64,000 nt of DNA, taken from the NCBI GenBank assembly GCA_010356995.1, contig ML996698.1, forward strand, positions 617,923-681,922, read 5' to 3'. This document shows, piece by piece, positions 38,341 through 50,782 of this stretch. The position numbers were made by a program, and so were the translations under genes. How positions within the stretch are numbered: the stretch's first letter is position 1; each line of letters opens with the position of its first letter. The stretch comes from Trichodelitschia bisporula. Taxonomy: Eukaryota. The notes under the pieces are model-generated. The model saw nothing but the letters and a program-made list of their open reading frames with translations. It did not search any database and was not told the DNA's origin.

Positions 38341-39874
38341 ATGGCGAAACGCATCAGCTCGGCCTGTCTTGGGCAGCTGCAAGTCGCATTCGCTGAGCGG
38401 CCTGATCTCGTCAAGAGGCTTCAGGCTTTCCAAGGTATCAACCATCGCGCCATATCGCGCACGTCTATCTAACCTTTGAATGCGGCAGATGAATCCCTCC
38501 TCTTGGAACTCGCCTCCTTTGTGCAAGGCCTCAAAGGCGCATCTACCAACCTTGCAGCAGTGGGCAAGAAGCGGAAACTTGATGGATCTACAACCGCAGC
38601 CGACAATGGCACAGGGACATCGGAGGGATGGATGGACCGGAGTGCACGCCCAATCTACTCGGCGGAAATCAGTTTCTCAATGCCCCAGAGGAAGAAGTTG
38701 AGGATGGAGTTCATCAGAGGTGGGGACAAATCTTCGGGAGGAGTGCGTGCCGTCGATTCGGCTGGGGAAACAGAATTTGGCATTAGCTGGAAAGGTGTCG
38801 GTGAGTGAACTCGCCCCGTCGCCCACGCAATGCATGTGCTAATCCGATCCAGATCAAGTCATTTGCCTCCCGGTCCCCGAGAAGACCAAGCGGCAGCATA
38901 ATTTTGTTGTTATCCCCCGTGGTTATGAAGGGCTCTCACCCTCCGCCGATGGGTCAGAACCTATTGTGTGGACTGTGTTTGAGCCTTCGGCCAAGGAGAA
39001 GGCCGCAGGCACGCTACCCGACGAGCCTGGGAATACCGTTCAAGCATTAAATGAGCAACTCGCGCAATTTGGGAATAAGGTCATCTTTGCCGACGCGAAA
39101 GAGTTTGCGAGCACGCTTCCGGAGAGCCACCGCAAAGGCGAAACGGCTTACCACGTCCCGGCGCACCGAGGGAGTAAAGACGGTAGGTCCTTCTTACTCC
39201 CGCATGGCAGTTACATTTGGCCTGGAACTATAGCTCAATTGTCCTAGGCTATCTGTATTTTTTAGGACGAGGAATTCTCTTCGCCTTCAAGAAGCCGCTC
39301 CTCTTCCTTCCCCTTTCCTCCATCGCATCCATCTCCTACACCTCCGTTCTGCAACGCACCTTCAATCTCAACGTCATGGTCCAGTCAGATGACGGGAAGG
39401 AGGACCAAGAAGTCGAATTCTCCATGCTTGATCAAGCTAATTTCGCGGGCATCGACGAGTATGTCAAACGCCACGAACTTCAAGACGCCAGCCTTGCTGA
39501 GCAACGCAAGGCCAAGCGGTTCAATGTGAATGAACCCAAGAGCGCCCGGGATGGCGGTGATGCGAATGGCGCGGTCACAGCCGGCGAGAACGGTGACGGA
39601 GATGAAACGGAACTGCAGAAGGCGGAGAAACTTTTGCAGGACGAGGAAGATGAGATGGAAGAGGTAAGTCCTCTACCTTGCAAGGCTCGGGACGACTGAC
39701 ATGTCCTAGGATTACGTGGATGAGGGGAGTGGAGTTGAATCTAGCGATGAAGAAGAGGAAAACGAATACGGTGAGGAGGAGGGCGGCTATGAAGATGACG
39801 CAGAGGAATATGGCGAAGAGTATGAGGATGGGGAAGGATACGACGAGGGGGAAGGGTATGACGAGGAAGGCTAG
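38341..39874 (+). CDS. RTT106: Histone chaperone Rtt106-like (tandem PH), 5 exons
   Basis: [76 protein letters not shown]; acidic tail. Confidence 0.88.
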
Positions 39875-40432
39875 CGATGCGTATCGGCAAGGATGCGTAG
39901 GTCGTGAGTACACCTGTCGTGTACCTTGTTTGAGTGGTGGCCGCCTTACGACTGCCTTGTCCAGGAACCTGGCCCTCTATTCCCATCTGATGTATATTTG
40001 GGGATTTCCGCCGGGGTGGCAGCGGTGGGCATGAAAGCGGCAGGTGATTGGACAACAGCAGCCGATCACGACCCCAAGCTCGTCTGGCAAAATGCAAGTT
40101 GGGTTGATTGTCTTCTCCAGGCCTGTCGTACAATATAATTTCTCGCGTGTGCGCGGCAGGGTTTGACGAGAAGAGCTGCAAAGTTCAATGTAGGGAAATG
40201 GTTCCTGCCAAGCTTGGACATGGGATTTTTAACCAGGGATCGCGTCACAACCTGTAAGGGGCAAGAGCAGCAAGATCTTTCACTGGTGATAACAGCCGAA
40301 AAGGGAAGGTCGTAAAGGGATGTACAGCCAGGATGACATGATCCAGTTTGGCACTGGGAGTATTACTTCCATAAACTCCTCACCTGCAGCTGCGCGGGTT
40401 GATGTACGGCCTCTTGACCATCGTCAATCGCT

Positions 40433-42510
40433 ATGAGATGTTGTCTCGCCATTGTGTGGCTTAGTGCCTTTGCGTCCCTAAACTTGCGAACCTCTTGGGC
40501 TCTCAAAGCCCGGGAGTCTCGGCAAGCTGCCAACAGGCTCGTCGACGTTCGTTCCTATGGACATGAGGATGAAGCCCGTGGAGGGCTTTCCGGGTTCAGT
40601 GCTCCAACAACATATCCAGGCGGTGCACCGACATCACGGTTTCTCACTGAAAGATCGATGCGTGAGTGGGTCCTTCTACGGCCTTGCAGAACACTGAAAG
40701 TGTCTCAGCGTTCTGGGTTGACGGCAAGGGACTGCCTGATATTGACTTTGACATTGGCGTATGGTCACGAACGTATCGTAAAATGTCAGGGCCGCTCACT
40801 GGCGCAGGAATCGTACGCGGGACTCTTGCCAATCAGTGACAACCCTGCGGAGACGCGGAAGCTGTTCTTCTGGTTCTTTCCGTCAACATACCCGAACGCT
40901 TCTAATGAAGTGGCAATATGGCTAAACGGAGGTGCAATTGGACCTTTCTCAAATGGGGGAACAAGGCTAAGACTTGCAGAACCGGGTTGTAGCTCGCTCA
41001 TTGGGCTTATGACCCAGAATGGACCGTAAGTTTGCCCGATCCATAGGGCAACAGTGTTGCGCTGATGACTGACTGCTGCAAGATTTATATGGCCTCCTGG
41101 AGCGCCAGCACCTATGCCGAATCCGTATTCCTGGGTCAACCTCACCAACGTGCTTTGGGTGGAGCAACCGGTTGGCGTTGGATTTACTCAAGGTTTGTTA
41201 TAGCCTGCCGCTTCCCCGTATACTTTACTGATGCTTTTAAGGGACGCCCGGGATTGCCGATGAATCCGGTCTTTCCCAGCAGTTTATGGGCTTCTACAAG
41301 CAGTTCGTTGACACATTTGGCCTTCTTGCTTCGGATGTATATCTTGCCAGCGAAAGGTGCCTTCTTCCAGTGTGGGATTATGTGAGTAAGCTGACTGTTA
41401 CAGCTATGGTGGATACTACGTCCCTTATATTGCCGATGCTTTCATCAAGGCGAACGACAAGAACTATTTCAACTTGAAGGGCATTTCCCTCACCAACCCT
41501 ATCATCGGCGATGACACGAACCAGGGCGAGGTTGCGAGTGTAGGTGCTTCAACAGGCCTACGACCTGCAACATTTAACACCCACTAGGCGCAGTTCATGG
41601 ATTATTGGCAAAATCTGCTCTATCTCAACACGTCCTTCACCAAATCTGTCTATTCTCTCGCTGAGAAGTGCCAGTATCAGGCCTATCTCGACAAGTACAT
41701 GACATTTCCACCACCCGGACTACTACCAAAGTTACCGAGTCCATATTTCTATCCAGCAGTCGCGTAAGCTCCCACTCGACCTCACAAGGGTTATGGGACG
41801 ATTTAAAGCTGATGGCCGACAGCGATTGTGCCATTTCACCGTACATCAACAGGGCGGCACTGGAAGCTAACCAGTGCTTCAATGCCTATAATATTCTAGA
41901 CGCTTGCCCGGCTCCGCAATCGGCACTAGACAGCCCATCACGCGGTACGCTTTATAGGCGGCCCCCATTCCACCAGCTAACACCCCTAGACAACTCCGTT
42001 ATAAGTAGGTATCTCAACCGTCCCTCCGTCCGCACCGCCATCCACGCCCCGCCGGAACGCTGGTCACCATGTGTCCCCTCAAACCGAACCTTCCTCCCGC
42101 CGGGCGACCAATCGCCTCCACCCGCCTCAAACGGCGTTCTAGCCCGCGTAATTGAGCACACAAACAACACGTTCATCGGCTCGGGTAATCTTGACTTCGT
42201 GCTGCCAACCAATGGCACCCTGCTTGCGTTGCAGAATGTGACCTGGAATGGAAAGCAGGGGTTTCAGGTGTATCCTGGGAGAGCGCCGTTGAGGGTCCCA
42301 GGTCTACGGGGGTCAAGGAAGGGTTCGGGCCGGGCGCCGGGCCGCGTCGGGTCTTGGGGTCGGGAGCGAGGGGTCACATTTTGGCAGGTCCAACGTGCGG
42401 GACACGGGGTTATGAGCGAAGCTCCGGGGGCGGCATATCGTGTTATGGAGGTGCTGCTAGGGCGGGTGAATGACTTAGGTAATACGGGACGGTTTTCGAC
42501 GCAAAGCTAG
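40433..42510 (+). CDS. Secreted serine carboxypeptidase, family S10, intron-rich and divergent
   Basis: Signal peptide; [53 protein letters not shown] nucleophile; GNLDFV Asp; AGH His. Confidence 0.87.
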
Positions 42511-42881
42511 TCGGGCCGCATAGGCAAGCCGGACATGCGAAGATACCCCGAGAGCGGTGAGAGACACCGGACATCTGACGTTGAGTTAGACGTATAAGAT
42601 CTCCATTAACCAATTAATCTGCGGTATTTTGGGCCAGACATGGCGTTCTGGAAGATCTTAAGTGCCCGGGTATCCACTAACCACGCAGCGACGCAACACC
42701 GAAGCAAATTGGGCGATGCCAATGAATTGATTATTATTTACTAGCGTCCCAGCCTCATCAGCTTTTGACAGAAATACAGAGCCCGTTCGCCGATAAAAAT
42801 GCCCACGTCCAAGGTTGCTGCCCCGACCGATCAATCCGTATATCCATCCATCCTCCAAGCACCCGTCTCAACACATCAAAT

Positions 42882-43400
42882 TTACAAGGCAGCAGCGAGA
42901 AGGAGACCCGCACCGGCAGCGAGCATCTCAGCACGGGGCATCGAGGCGCCGTTCGTCTTCTTGGAGTCGGCAGAGGCGGACGTCGCCGTAATGCCGGGCG
43001 CGGCGCTCTTGTTCGCACTCTGCTGGGCGAGGGCCTTGGAGCAGATGGAGGCGGAGGCAGGGGCAACGGCTGTTGTACATGAGCATATGTGCGGGATAGT
43101 CTGGGAAGTGGATGATGCTTACCCGCCGCGTCGGCGGAAGAGCACGCCTTCAGGATGCAGGGCGTCACCTCCTTGGTGATCTTATCCTTGCCCGTCGTGC
43201 ACTGGCAGATGGTGTCGTTGGAGTCACACCCGGCCGCCTTGATGGCGTCTTGGAAGCATGTGAGCTGGACGGGATGTTAGCATTTGATAGTTGTTGGGTA
43301 GACCTAGAGCTGGACTAACCGAGCAGTATGGGAGGCCGGTGATGTCGGCAGCAAGGCCAACAGAGGCCAGTGAGAGAAGAGCGACGATGGAGAAACGCAT
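42882..43400 (-). CDS. Small CFEM-domain, probably GPI-anchored cell-surface protein, 136 aa, 3 exons; not in ORF track
   Basis: Exons 43400-43320, 43264-43123 and 43069-42882. Signal peptide MRFSIVALLSLASVGLA, eight cysteines in CFEM spacing (PYC..TC..GC..DTICQC..PC..AC..IC), then NGA followed by the hydrophobic tail MLAAGAGLLLAAAL*. Confidence 0.9.
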
Positions 43401-45089
43401 GGTGATGATATTTAAACGAAGGGTACGATGTTGAGATTAGGTATTAGTCGGTAGTGTTAAAGGACAATTTTTTCTACAGCTGGAAGGCGAGCAGGATGAA
43501 GAAGAGAGCAGTAGGATTCTGGGAGCGCGATCCATATCAATAACTGAGCGACCCAGCCCCAGGGGCACCGCAATGTTATCCTCGATGGCTTGCAGCAACG
43601 GGCGCCAGCCATCACATTAGCCCCGGCAGAGCGAACGCCGTGGCGCCACCGTCAAAGACAGGATTCAGCGGCCGTCAAGGCTGGCGGTGCAAGAAAAGAA
43701 GCCGGACGAGTAAGAGCGAGCACGGGATCAGGGATCCACGGCGGCATCAATGGAATACGGATAGTCGTTGACGCTTGTGCTGTTTCCGATGCTTGAGTGC
43801 CGGGGGGTAACCTCTCGACCGTCATTCAGTATTGGAAGGAGAAATGCCCCCAAGAGCTTGAGGAGCCGAGCCGGATCGGCATTTCTCCAACACCAACTCC
43901 GGACTGCAGATCAGGGTAAGCAATGAGGGGGGGGGGAAGCGCAGCGCCACGGCACGCCTCGTTCAGCCGCATGGCCCATCCAAGGTAAAGAAACGAGCTC
44001 CAGCCTGACCAGCCCCCCCCCCCCGGCGGAAGCCGCTGAGAGTGCAGGAGATTCAGGGCGGGAGTGGGGAGCCTGAGCCTGGAACGCCTCACGATTTTGA
44101 TGCGCTGGCCGTCACGGTTGCTGCGGATACCCAGCCTGGGGGGAAGGGCTGCCCTCACAGGATTAAAGATGAGGAGACTGTTGCGTGCAGCAAGAGGCAA
44201 CGTAAGCTACTGTGACACCACAGTCACTTTACGATTACAAAGTAACATCAATGAGAGTCAAGTTCATCAGCAAGTACGTAGATTCTGAAGGGTCGATGGA
44301 CAGAAGTAATTGACATGTACTTAGAGTTTTAAGCGTCAACAAAAGTCGGCAAGGAACCGCGTTTCGGCTTGTCTGCGACCCCATTAAGCCCCGCAAGCCA
44401 TCTGAAAAAGTCGTAGCCGTACCGCCGGGGTATTTTGCGGATTGAGGCAGCCACGACATTTCTGGATGGCGCTTTGCCCCTTGCTCGTGCACGTTGTGCT
44501 TCGTAGCCTAGCCCTTAGCCCCCTCCCCTGTCTTCAAAGGCGCAGTCTTGTTCCAAAATAGCAAGCCAAGCGATGGAGGAAGCCCGGTGGTACATAGTGT
44601 GAGGAAGGAGGTGTCAAGGGAGCTCCATGCCCACGTGATTCATCATCATTGCTAGAATATAAGAAGTAGGAGCAGTCGCCCCCAAAATCACCTTTGCCTC
44701 TGGCTGACCGGAAACTGCCCAACGGAAAGCTGCTACCGGCTGCGATGGTGTGGCGCATCCGATGCGACGGGCAAGACATGACTGCACAACATCCAAACAT
44801 CCAGTCTACCGGGCTGTCGCGAAAAGCTGACGGGCGACACACCAGTGGTGTCGGAAGCCGGCGATGGTGTCGGATGGCAGCAAATGATGACTTCATGGTC
44901 CCCTGCTCGCAAGCTGAGTTTCTTCATCCAACATGAGATTCAAATCCATTACTACCGTGCCACCCATCCACATATATGCCAAACATTTACACGGATCTGA
45001 CCAGAAACCGAAACTCCATATGTATGCCCGGGGGTATCATCTACTACGAGCAACACCGGCGGAGGTACGACGGCTTATGTACTACATCA

Positions 45090-46229
45090 TTATCCAGCAA
45101 CTAGGGCTGATCCAGTCGAACGCTCTTGGTAGATGCGGAACTGGATGAAGATGGCGGCATCCTCCGCCATGGTCCCCAGCGACCCGATCAGCCACGGAAG
45201 GTTCTTAATGAGATATTCTTTCTCGAGAGAGTGGAAAAGAATCTACGGGGATTAGTTCAGTAAGATCGAGGGAGCACCACGTGATCATCTTACTCCTGCG
45301 CCGTACGTGGCATTGCCCAAAAGCGAGAGCAAGAAGAAGAGCAAGGAAAGGCCTTCGCATGACTTTTCCTGCCAATTCTTGTATATCTGAGGAAGCCTCG
45401 CCCTGAGACCCGTCAGTGTTCGTCCAGAAAGCTCCTGGTTGCGTACCCGAGATAGCAAACGGCACTCGCATAACCGAGCACTTGAGCACCCCAGGCGACT
45501 CGTTCCGGGCCCTCTCCCGAGCCGGCACCGCCTGTTGGAGCCGGTTGCCAGACACCCGTCCGCCAGGCAATGGCCCAGCCCGCGGTCCCGATGAGGCACA
45601 CGGCAAGCAGGGACAACAAGTTCTTGATCCACCCGCTGCTGCCAGACTCTTCTTCCAAAATTTCGGCCAGGGAATCTCTCCGCGTTCCGCGGCTGAGCCG
45701 CCGTGACGCAGCCGAGGAACGACGGCGTGTGTGCGAACCGGGCAGGCCTATTGAGCTGTGCGAAGCGCGCCTCAGCAGCGGCGCGTGCTCATCCTCTCGG
45801 TTTGGCCTTTGTTCGGTACCGTTAGAGAGCCGGTCTTCAGGTATAGGGGTGCTCTTTCGACGGTTGAGAAAGTTGTAGTAGAGACACTGTGAGATAAGGA
45901 TGGTGTCTGCGATGCAGAAGTAGACAGCGAGGGCGACGACGGTGGGTACAAGCTGGGCCCAGGCAGCACCGATAAGGTTGGTGAGATCACCGACGAGCCA
46001 GACTGTGAGGAACAGGAGTGAGATGCCCGCGGCGGACTGCTGGGTATAGTTTTGGACCAACTGGGGCACCTGAAGCTGTATCAGCTAGTGCGGGGCGGGC
46101 AGCATTCCGCGAAGAACTTACCAAGAGAAACACCCAGGCTGCCAGGGATATGGAGCCAAAGATACCGCTCAGTGCTTCCTGCAGAGTGAGGGAGACGGGA
46201 TCTCCTCTGGGCGCGATGGAGGAGGCCAT
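45090..46229 (-). CDS. Vacuolar PQ-loop cationic amino acid transporter (Ypq/Rtc2-like), 4 exons
   Basis: EALSGIFGSISLAAWVFLL|VPQLVQNY, WLVGDLTNLIGA, EHAPLL, ARLPQIYKNWQEKSCEGLS, NLPWLIGSLGT; stop at 45090-45092. Confidence 0.9.
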
Positions 46230-47609
46230 CAGACGGTGCAGATGGGACTGATTAGAGGAACGGAAGAGGACTGTGGATGCTGCAATGGTCACGATCCACA
46301 GCAGCGGACGACACTGGGATGAGATGCTTCGTAAGAAGAAATTTTTGGCTGTACAGTTTTTGGATGGAGGCTCAAAAAGATTTTGAGGATTGGGGGGGGA
46401 GATCACTGCGTCATCTTGCCATTGAGTGGTGGTTCGTTTGGTGGGGAGACTTTTTCCTTTCTCCTGTTTCATTGGAGTCGACGGGTCACTTGGTTCAGGG
46501 CTACCGAAAAAGTCGTGGCCGTTCGATCAGGGTTTTTTTGCGGATAGGGGGTGCCATGACCTTTCCAGATGCCCTTTGTGCGGAGCCCTGAAGTGACTTG
46601 AAGGGGACAGGAGTGGGGTAGCTACTGCAGTAGGGGACTAGAGCAGGGTTCAATCATAGCAACTCTTCGGAGACAACCACACACGGTTAGCGAGAGGATG
46701 AAGAAAGATGGTGATAAGTCGAGTGCACAGTACGGATGTAGTAGTGGCAAGTGGGAATGGAACAAGGTGACGGTGAACGAGGAGGGACCATATATACGAT
46801 GGGGGTATTACGGCATTGCTGCACAGAAGATAGAGCTGATTCTTTTACCCTCTGAACCTTCAACATCCTTCGTTTAACCCTCTTTCCCGCGATGCTATGT
46901 ATCGCAAATCGCCATGGTACATCGCCATCGTCTCTCCAACCGTCAACCCTAGCTATCGTTTGCGCCTTACGGTAGCTAAGTTGCGTACTTACCGTACTTG
47001 ATTAATTGCCACGCTTGCCACTGTGATGTTGCAAGCGCTATGCAAAGCATCGTGAAATGCTTTGAAGTGCATACTGTAAGCGTCCTCGGATGCAGTGTTC
47101 CGCGCAGGCCCTTGTCGTGTAGCCCACCGACCAGTCACAGGCTCGTATCGACATCCGCGCCGAAGTCGTTAAAACCCGCAGTGCAGCGCCACCCCGCCCG
47201 TCGTCTTTGCTCCTTCCGCCTTCAGTTGCGTGCTGCTCCATCTTTTCGTTCTTCTCGCAGCAACAACACCACAACTTCCCTCCCTCTCTTTCCAACTACT
47301 ATTTCCATCACTCGCTCATCTAACCTTGATCAGCCCATCGCTACTGTTAACTTACTGCTTTGTCTTTATCAATCTTTCACCAAACTGCTCTTTCCCGAGC
47401 TTCTTTGTCAACTGCGCCACAACCTTTCTACCGTACCTCCCCCCAATTTGTTGAACCCTGCTCCAATCTCTCGAGCTTTCCGTCTATTATTCCCACCCTC
47501 CGCCCCCAACCACCAGTAATCTTCAGTAGTCACGCTTTCGGTCCTTCGTTTGTTCGTCTTGCCAGTTGTCCTTCGCACGCCGCGTCGAAGTTGCGCAAAA
47601 CCACCGACC

Positions 47610-48404
47610 ATGCTCCTTCCAATGCGCCTCTCCTCGCTCGCCATCTTCTCGCTCCTCCTCCCTCTTACCCTCGCCGCGGAAGTGCCCGACGGTATCCATA
47701 ATAAACGGCAAAATGGCGGCACTGGATCATCAGCCGCTGTTGCTTCCACCACTCCAGATCCTCCTGCCACAACGGAGACGGTGACGGCGACTCCCACCAC
47801 CAGCATCATCACCACCACATCTCGTTCTACCTCCACGCCTCAACCCCCCACAACCACCGTGCAGTCCACGACCACGGCCCCCACCACGACGCGCTCTACG
47901 CCCTCCTCAACCTCATCGACGGAGCAGAGCAACACATCGCGCACCACCGTCACGTCGGCTTTGGTTGCCACCTCTACGCAGCAGATCACCACCGTCATCG
48001 TCACCACCTCGGCAGACGGCAATATCGTCTCCTCGACGATGACATCGTCGGTAATTGTTTCCAGGACCACCGGCTTCGCGACCTTCACCACCACGCCCTC
48101 TCTTCTCGCCTCGACATCTGACAAGAAGTCATCTGGCCTCTCCTCGTCGAGCAAGAAGATTATCGGCGGCGTAGTTGGCGGCATAGGTGGGGCCATCCTC
48201 CTGGGCGGCATAGCGCTGGTATGCTGGCGCATATGGGGACGGAAGAAGCGCGTGGGCGATGACTTAGACGACCTAAGCGGCACGTCGGCTGTCGGCTCGC
48301 CGCGGGAGAAGAGGGGTGTTAGCGGTCGTCTGGCCGAGGACGACAATCCCGTGGATCGGTATGCTCAACCGGGAGTGAAACCGAATGCGGCGGCAAACTT
48401 CTAG
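47610..48404 (+). CDS. Mid2-like type I membrane cell-wall protein/sensor
   Basis: Signal peptide, KR dibasic site, long Ser/Thr stalk, transmembrane IIGGVVGGIGGAILLGGIALVCW, basic stop-transfer RKKR, short cytosolic tail ending NAAANF. Confidence 0.8.
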   Translation: MLLPMRLSSLAIFSLLLPLTLAAEVPDGIHNKRQNGGTGSSAAVASTTPDPPATTETVTATPTTSIITTTSRSTSTPQPPTTTVQSTTTAPTTTRSTPSSTSSTEQSNTSRTTVTSALVATSTQQITTVIVTTSADGNIVSSTMTSSVIVSRTTGFATFTTTPSLLASTSDKKSSGLSSSSKKIIGGVVGGIGGAILLGGIALVCWRIWGRKKRVGDDLDDLSGTSAVGSPREKRGVSGRLAEDDNPVDRYAQPGVKPNAAANF

Positions 48405-48956
48405 GCTCTGTCTCTTCAGCGTTAGCACACTCGACACTCATTGAGAGGGCGTAACTGCTCAGTGCTTGTTTATTGGATGGCTCGCTTTGTAGTGGCATAA
48501 GTTTGCGTATATATTTGCTGCGAGCTATACAAGAGGCGGCAGCCGGCTTAATGTTATTGAATGAAAAGTACACATCAGAGGAAGTCGCGCCATGCCGGTA
48601 TCCGTCTGGGAGCGGTGGGGCATGACAAGCAAAATGAAATGAGGAGAATGTAGTTGTTCTCCCGTAACCTGTTGCGGTGATGTGCGTAGATGCGTCGTCC
48701 TCTCGCGTCCTGACTCCTTGCCTCTGAAGTGCGCTCTCGCAATCTTAAATACAGCCTGGCTGTTCTCAGGCCCACCATCATTCCTGCCCGCAGGTGTACT
48801 GCAGCCGTCCGAGACCTGACAACTTCCGGAGACATGTACGCCTTGGCAAACGGGCCCAGCAGATGCAGCCTGTCACGCACCTAGGTACGCTCGTGGCCTC
48901 GCCTCCCCAACACCAAACTCAACAACTCATCCACTCATTACCTCTCCACAGCACAA

Positions 48957-50782
48957 ATGCGGCGTGCGGCGTTCTCGGCCTTTCGCACCTCGTGCCGGCT
49001 CGCAGCTCTAAAAACTCTCTTCTCTCGGCAATATGCGCTCAGCTCCCGCAGCTTCTCCTCGCACTCCTCATCCAGTCCCCGCCGAGCCTCCGTCCTTCAA
49101 GCCTCAATGCAACTCCCACGCCTGACACTTGCCCTCGCGACAGCAGCACTCGTAGGCTCTGGAGCCTGGTATTATCAATCACGACCTTTTGCCAGCGTCG
49201 GTGACGTCACCGACGCGCCCAACACAGAGGAGGGAATGCACCGCAAGGCACTCGTCATTGGCGGCGGCCAGGTGTTTGCCGTAGATGCCGTCGGTGACGG
49301 ACCCTTGCCAACTGTAACTGACGATGGACGCAAGGTTTTGCGCATTCTGAGTCCGGAACAGGCGACGGAAAAGCTGCGGAGCAAGGAGGAGAGCTGGCTG
49401 ATCGGGCGGGGAAATGGCGTTCTGAGATATGACGTTGTGCAGCTCGGGAGTAACGAGCCCATCGAGGACGATCATGCCGAGCAGATCATCGAGCATCCCC
49501 AAGGAACGGACCTATCTGACTGGATGTTCTGGGGAGTGTTTGATGGACATAGGCAAGTTCATATGGCATCTCGTAGCATGCTCTAACTGATCTCTCTGCA
49601 GCGGTTGGACGACCTCTGCCAAACTCCGGAAGTCCCTCATCTCGTCCGTGGCGCGTCAGCTCAACGCGACCTACCCCGCTGCCTTGGAGTCTGCAATGAA
49701 GACTGGGTTCGTAGAAGTCGACAACGACATCATCCACGGTGCCATTGACCGGGCGCTGAAGGCGAAGACCAAGGCTGCCGCAACCGAACTTCTGGCCCCG
49801 GCGCTTAGCGGCTCCTGCGCTCTGTTGAGCTTCTACGACTCAAATACCCAACTCCTGCGCGTTGCTGTCACAGGTGACTCTCGTGCGGTGCTCGGGCGCA
49901 AGGGTGCAAACGGCAAATGGAGTGCTGTGGCGCTCTCTGTCGACCAAACCGGTGGCACCAAGTCCGAAGCCGACCGCCTCCGCGCAGAACACCCCGGCGA
50001 GCCCCAGGTCGTGATGCACGGCCGCGTGTTGGGTCGCCTGGAGCCGACGCGTGCTTTCGGCGACGCCATCTACAAATGGACCGTGGAGACCCAGGAAAAG
50101 CTACAGCGCGCATTCTTCACCATGCGGACCATGCCGAAGGGTCTCAAGACGCCGCCTTACGTAACTGCCGAGCCGGTGGTGACGACAACCAAGGTCGATC
50201 CCGGCCAAGGCGACTTCCTCGTGCTGGCTACTGACGGGCTGTGGGAGATGCTGAGTAACGAGGAAGTCGTTGGCCTCGTTGGCATGTGGGTGGAGGAGCA
50301 GCGTCGCCAGCGCGAGAAGGAAGGCCAAGGTAGTAGCTGGGCCAAAGCTAGCTGGCTGACTGGAAACAAGGGCGACAAGGCGCAGCTGCCAGTCGAGAGT
50401 GCTCCGCAGTCGGCATCCGAAGACAGCGGCCAACGTGGGCCGTTCCGGCAGTCACAGTGGGGGCTGAACGGCGGCTCAGCGGCGAGCCGCTTCGTGGTCA
50501 AGGACAAGAACGTAGCGACGCATCTCGTCCGTAACGCTTTGGGAGGGCGCGACGAGGACCAGCTTTGCTCACTGCTGACGATACCGAGCCCCATGGCGCG
50601 GCGTTTTAGGTATTCTTTTCTTTCCCACCTACACTGTCGTCTATGCTGACACCTTTGCCAGGGACGACCTTACTGTTCAGGTCATATTCTTTGGCGAGGG
50701 CGAGGGTGATGCGCCCAAAGGGAAGGTGGTGTTGAGCCATGAAGCAAGCGCGCCGAGTGAGCCCGTCAAGGCGAAGCTTTAA
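48957..50782 (+). CDS. PTC5: PP2C-type pyruvate dehydrogenase phosphatase, 3 exons
   Basis: Arg/Ser-rich presequence; SNEPIEDDH; FWGVFDGHSGW; ALSGSCALL; TGDSRAVLG; LEPTRAFGD; LATDGLWE; RDDLTVQVIFF; ends VKAKL*. Confidence 0.93.

Noticed and set aside
42799..43179. 126-aa plus-strand ORF
   Set aside because: Antisense shadow of the spliced CFEM gene, which has the signal peptide, cysteine pattern and canonical introns.
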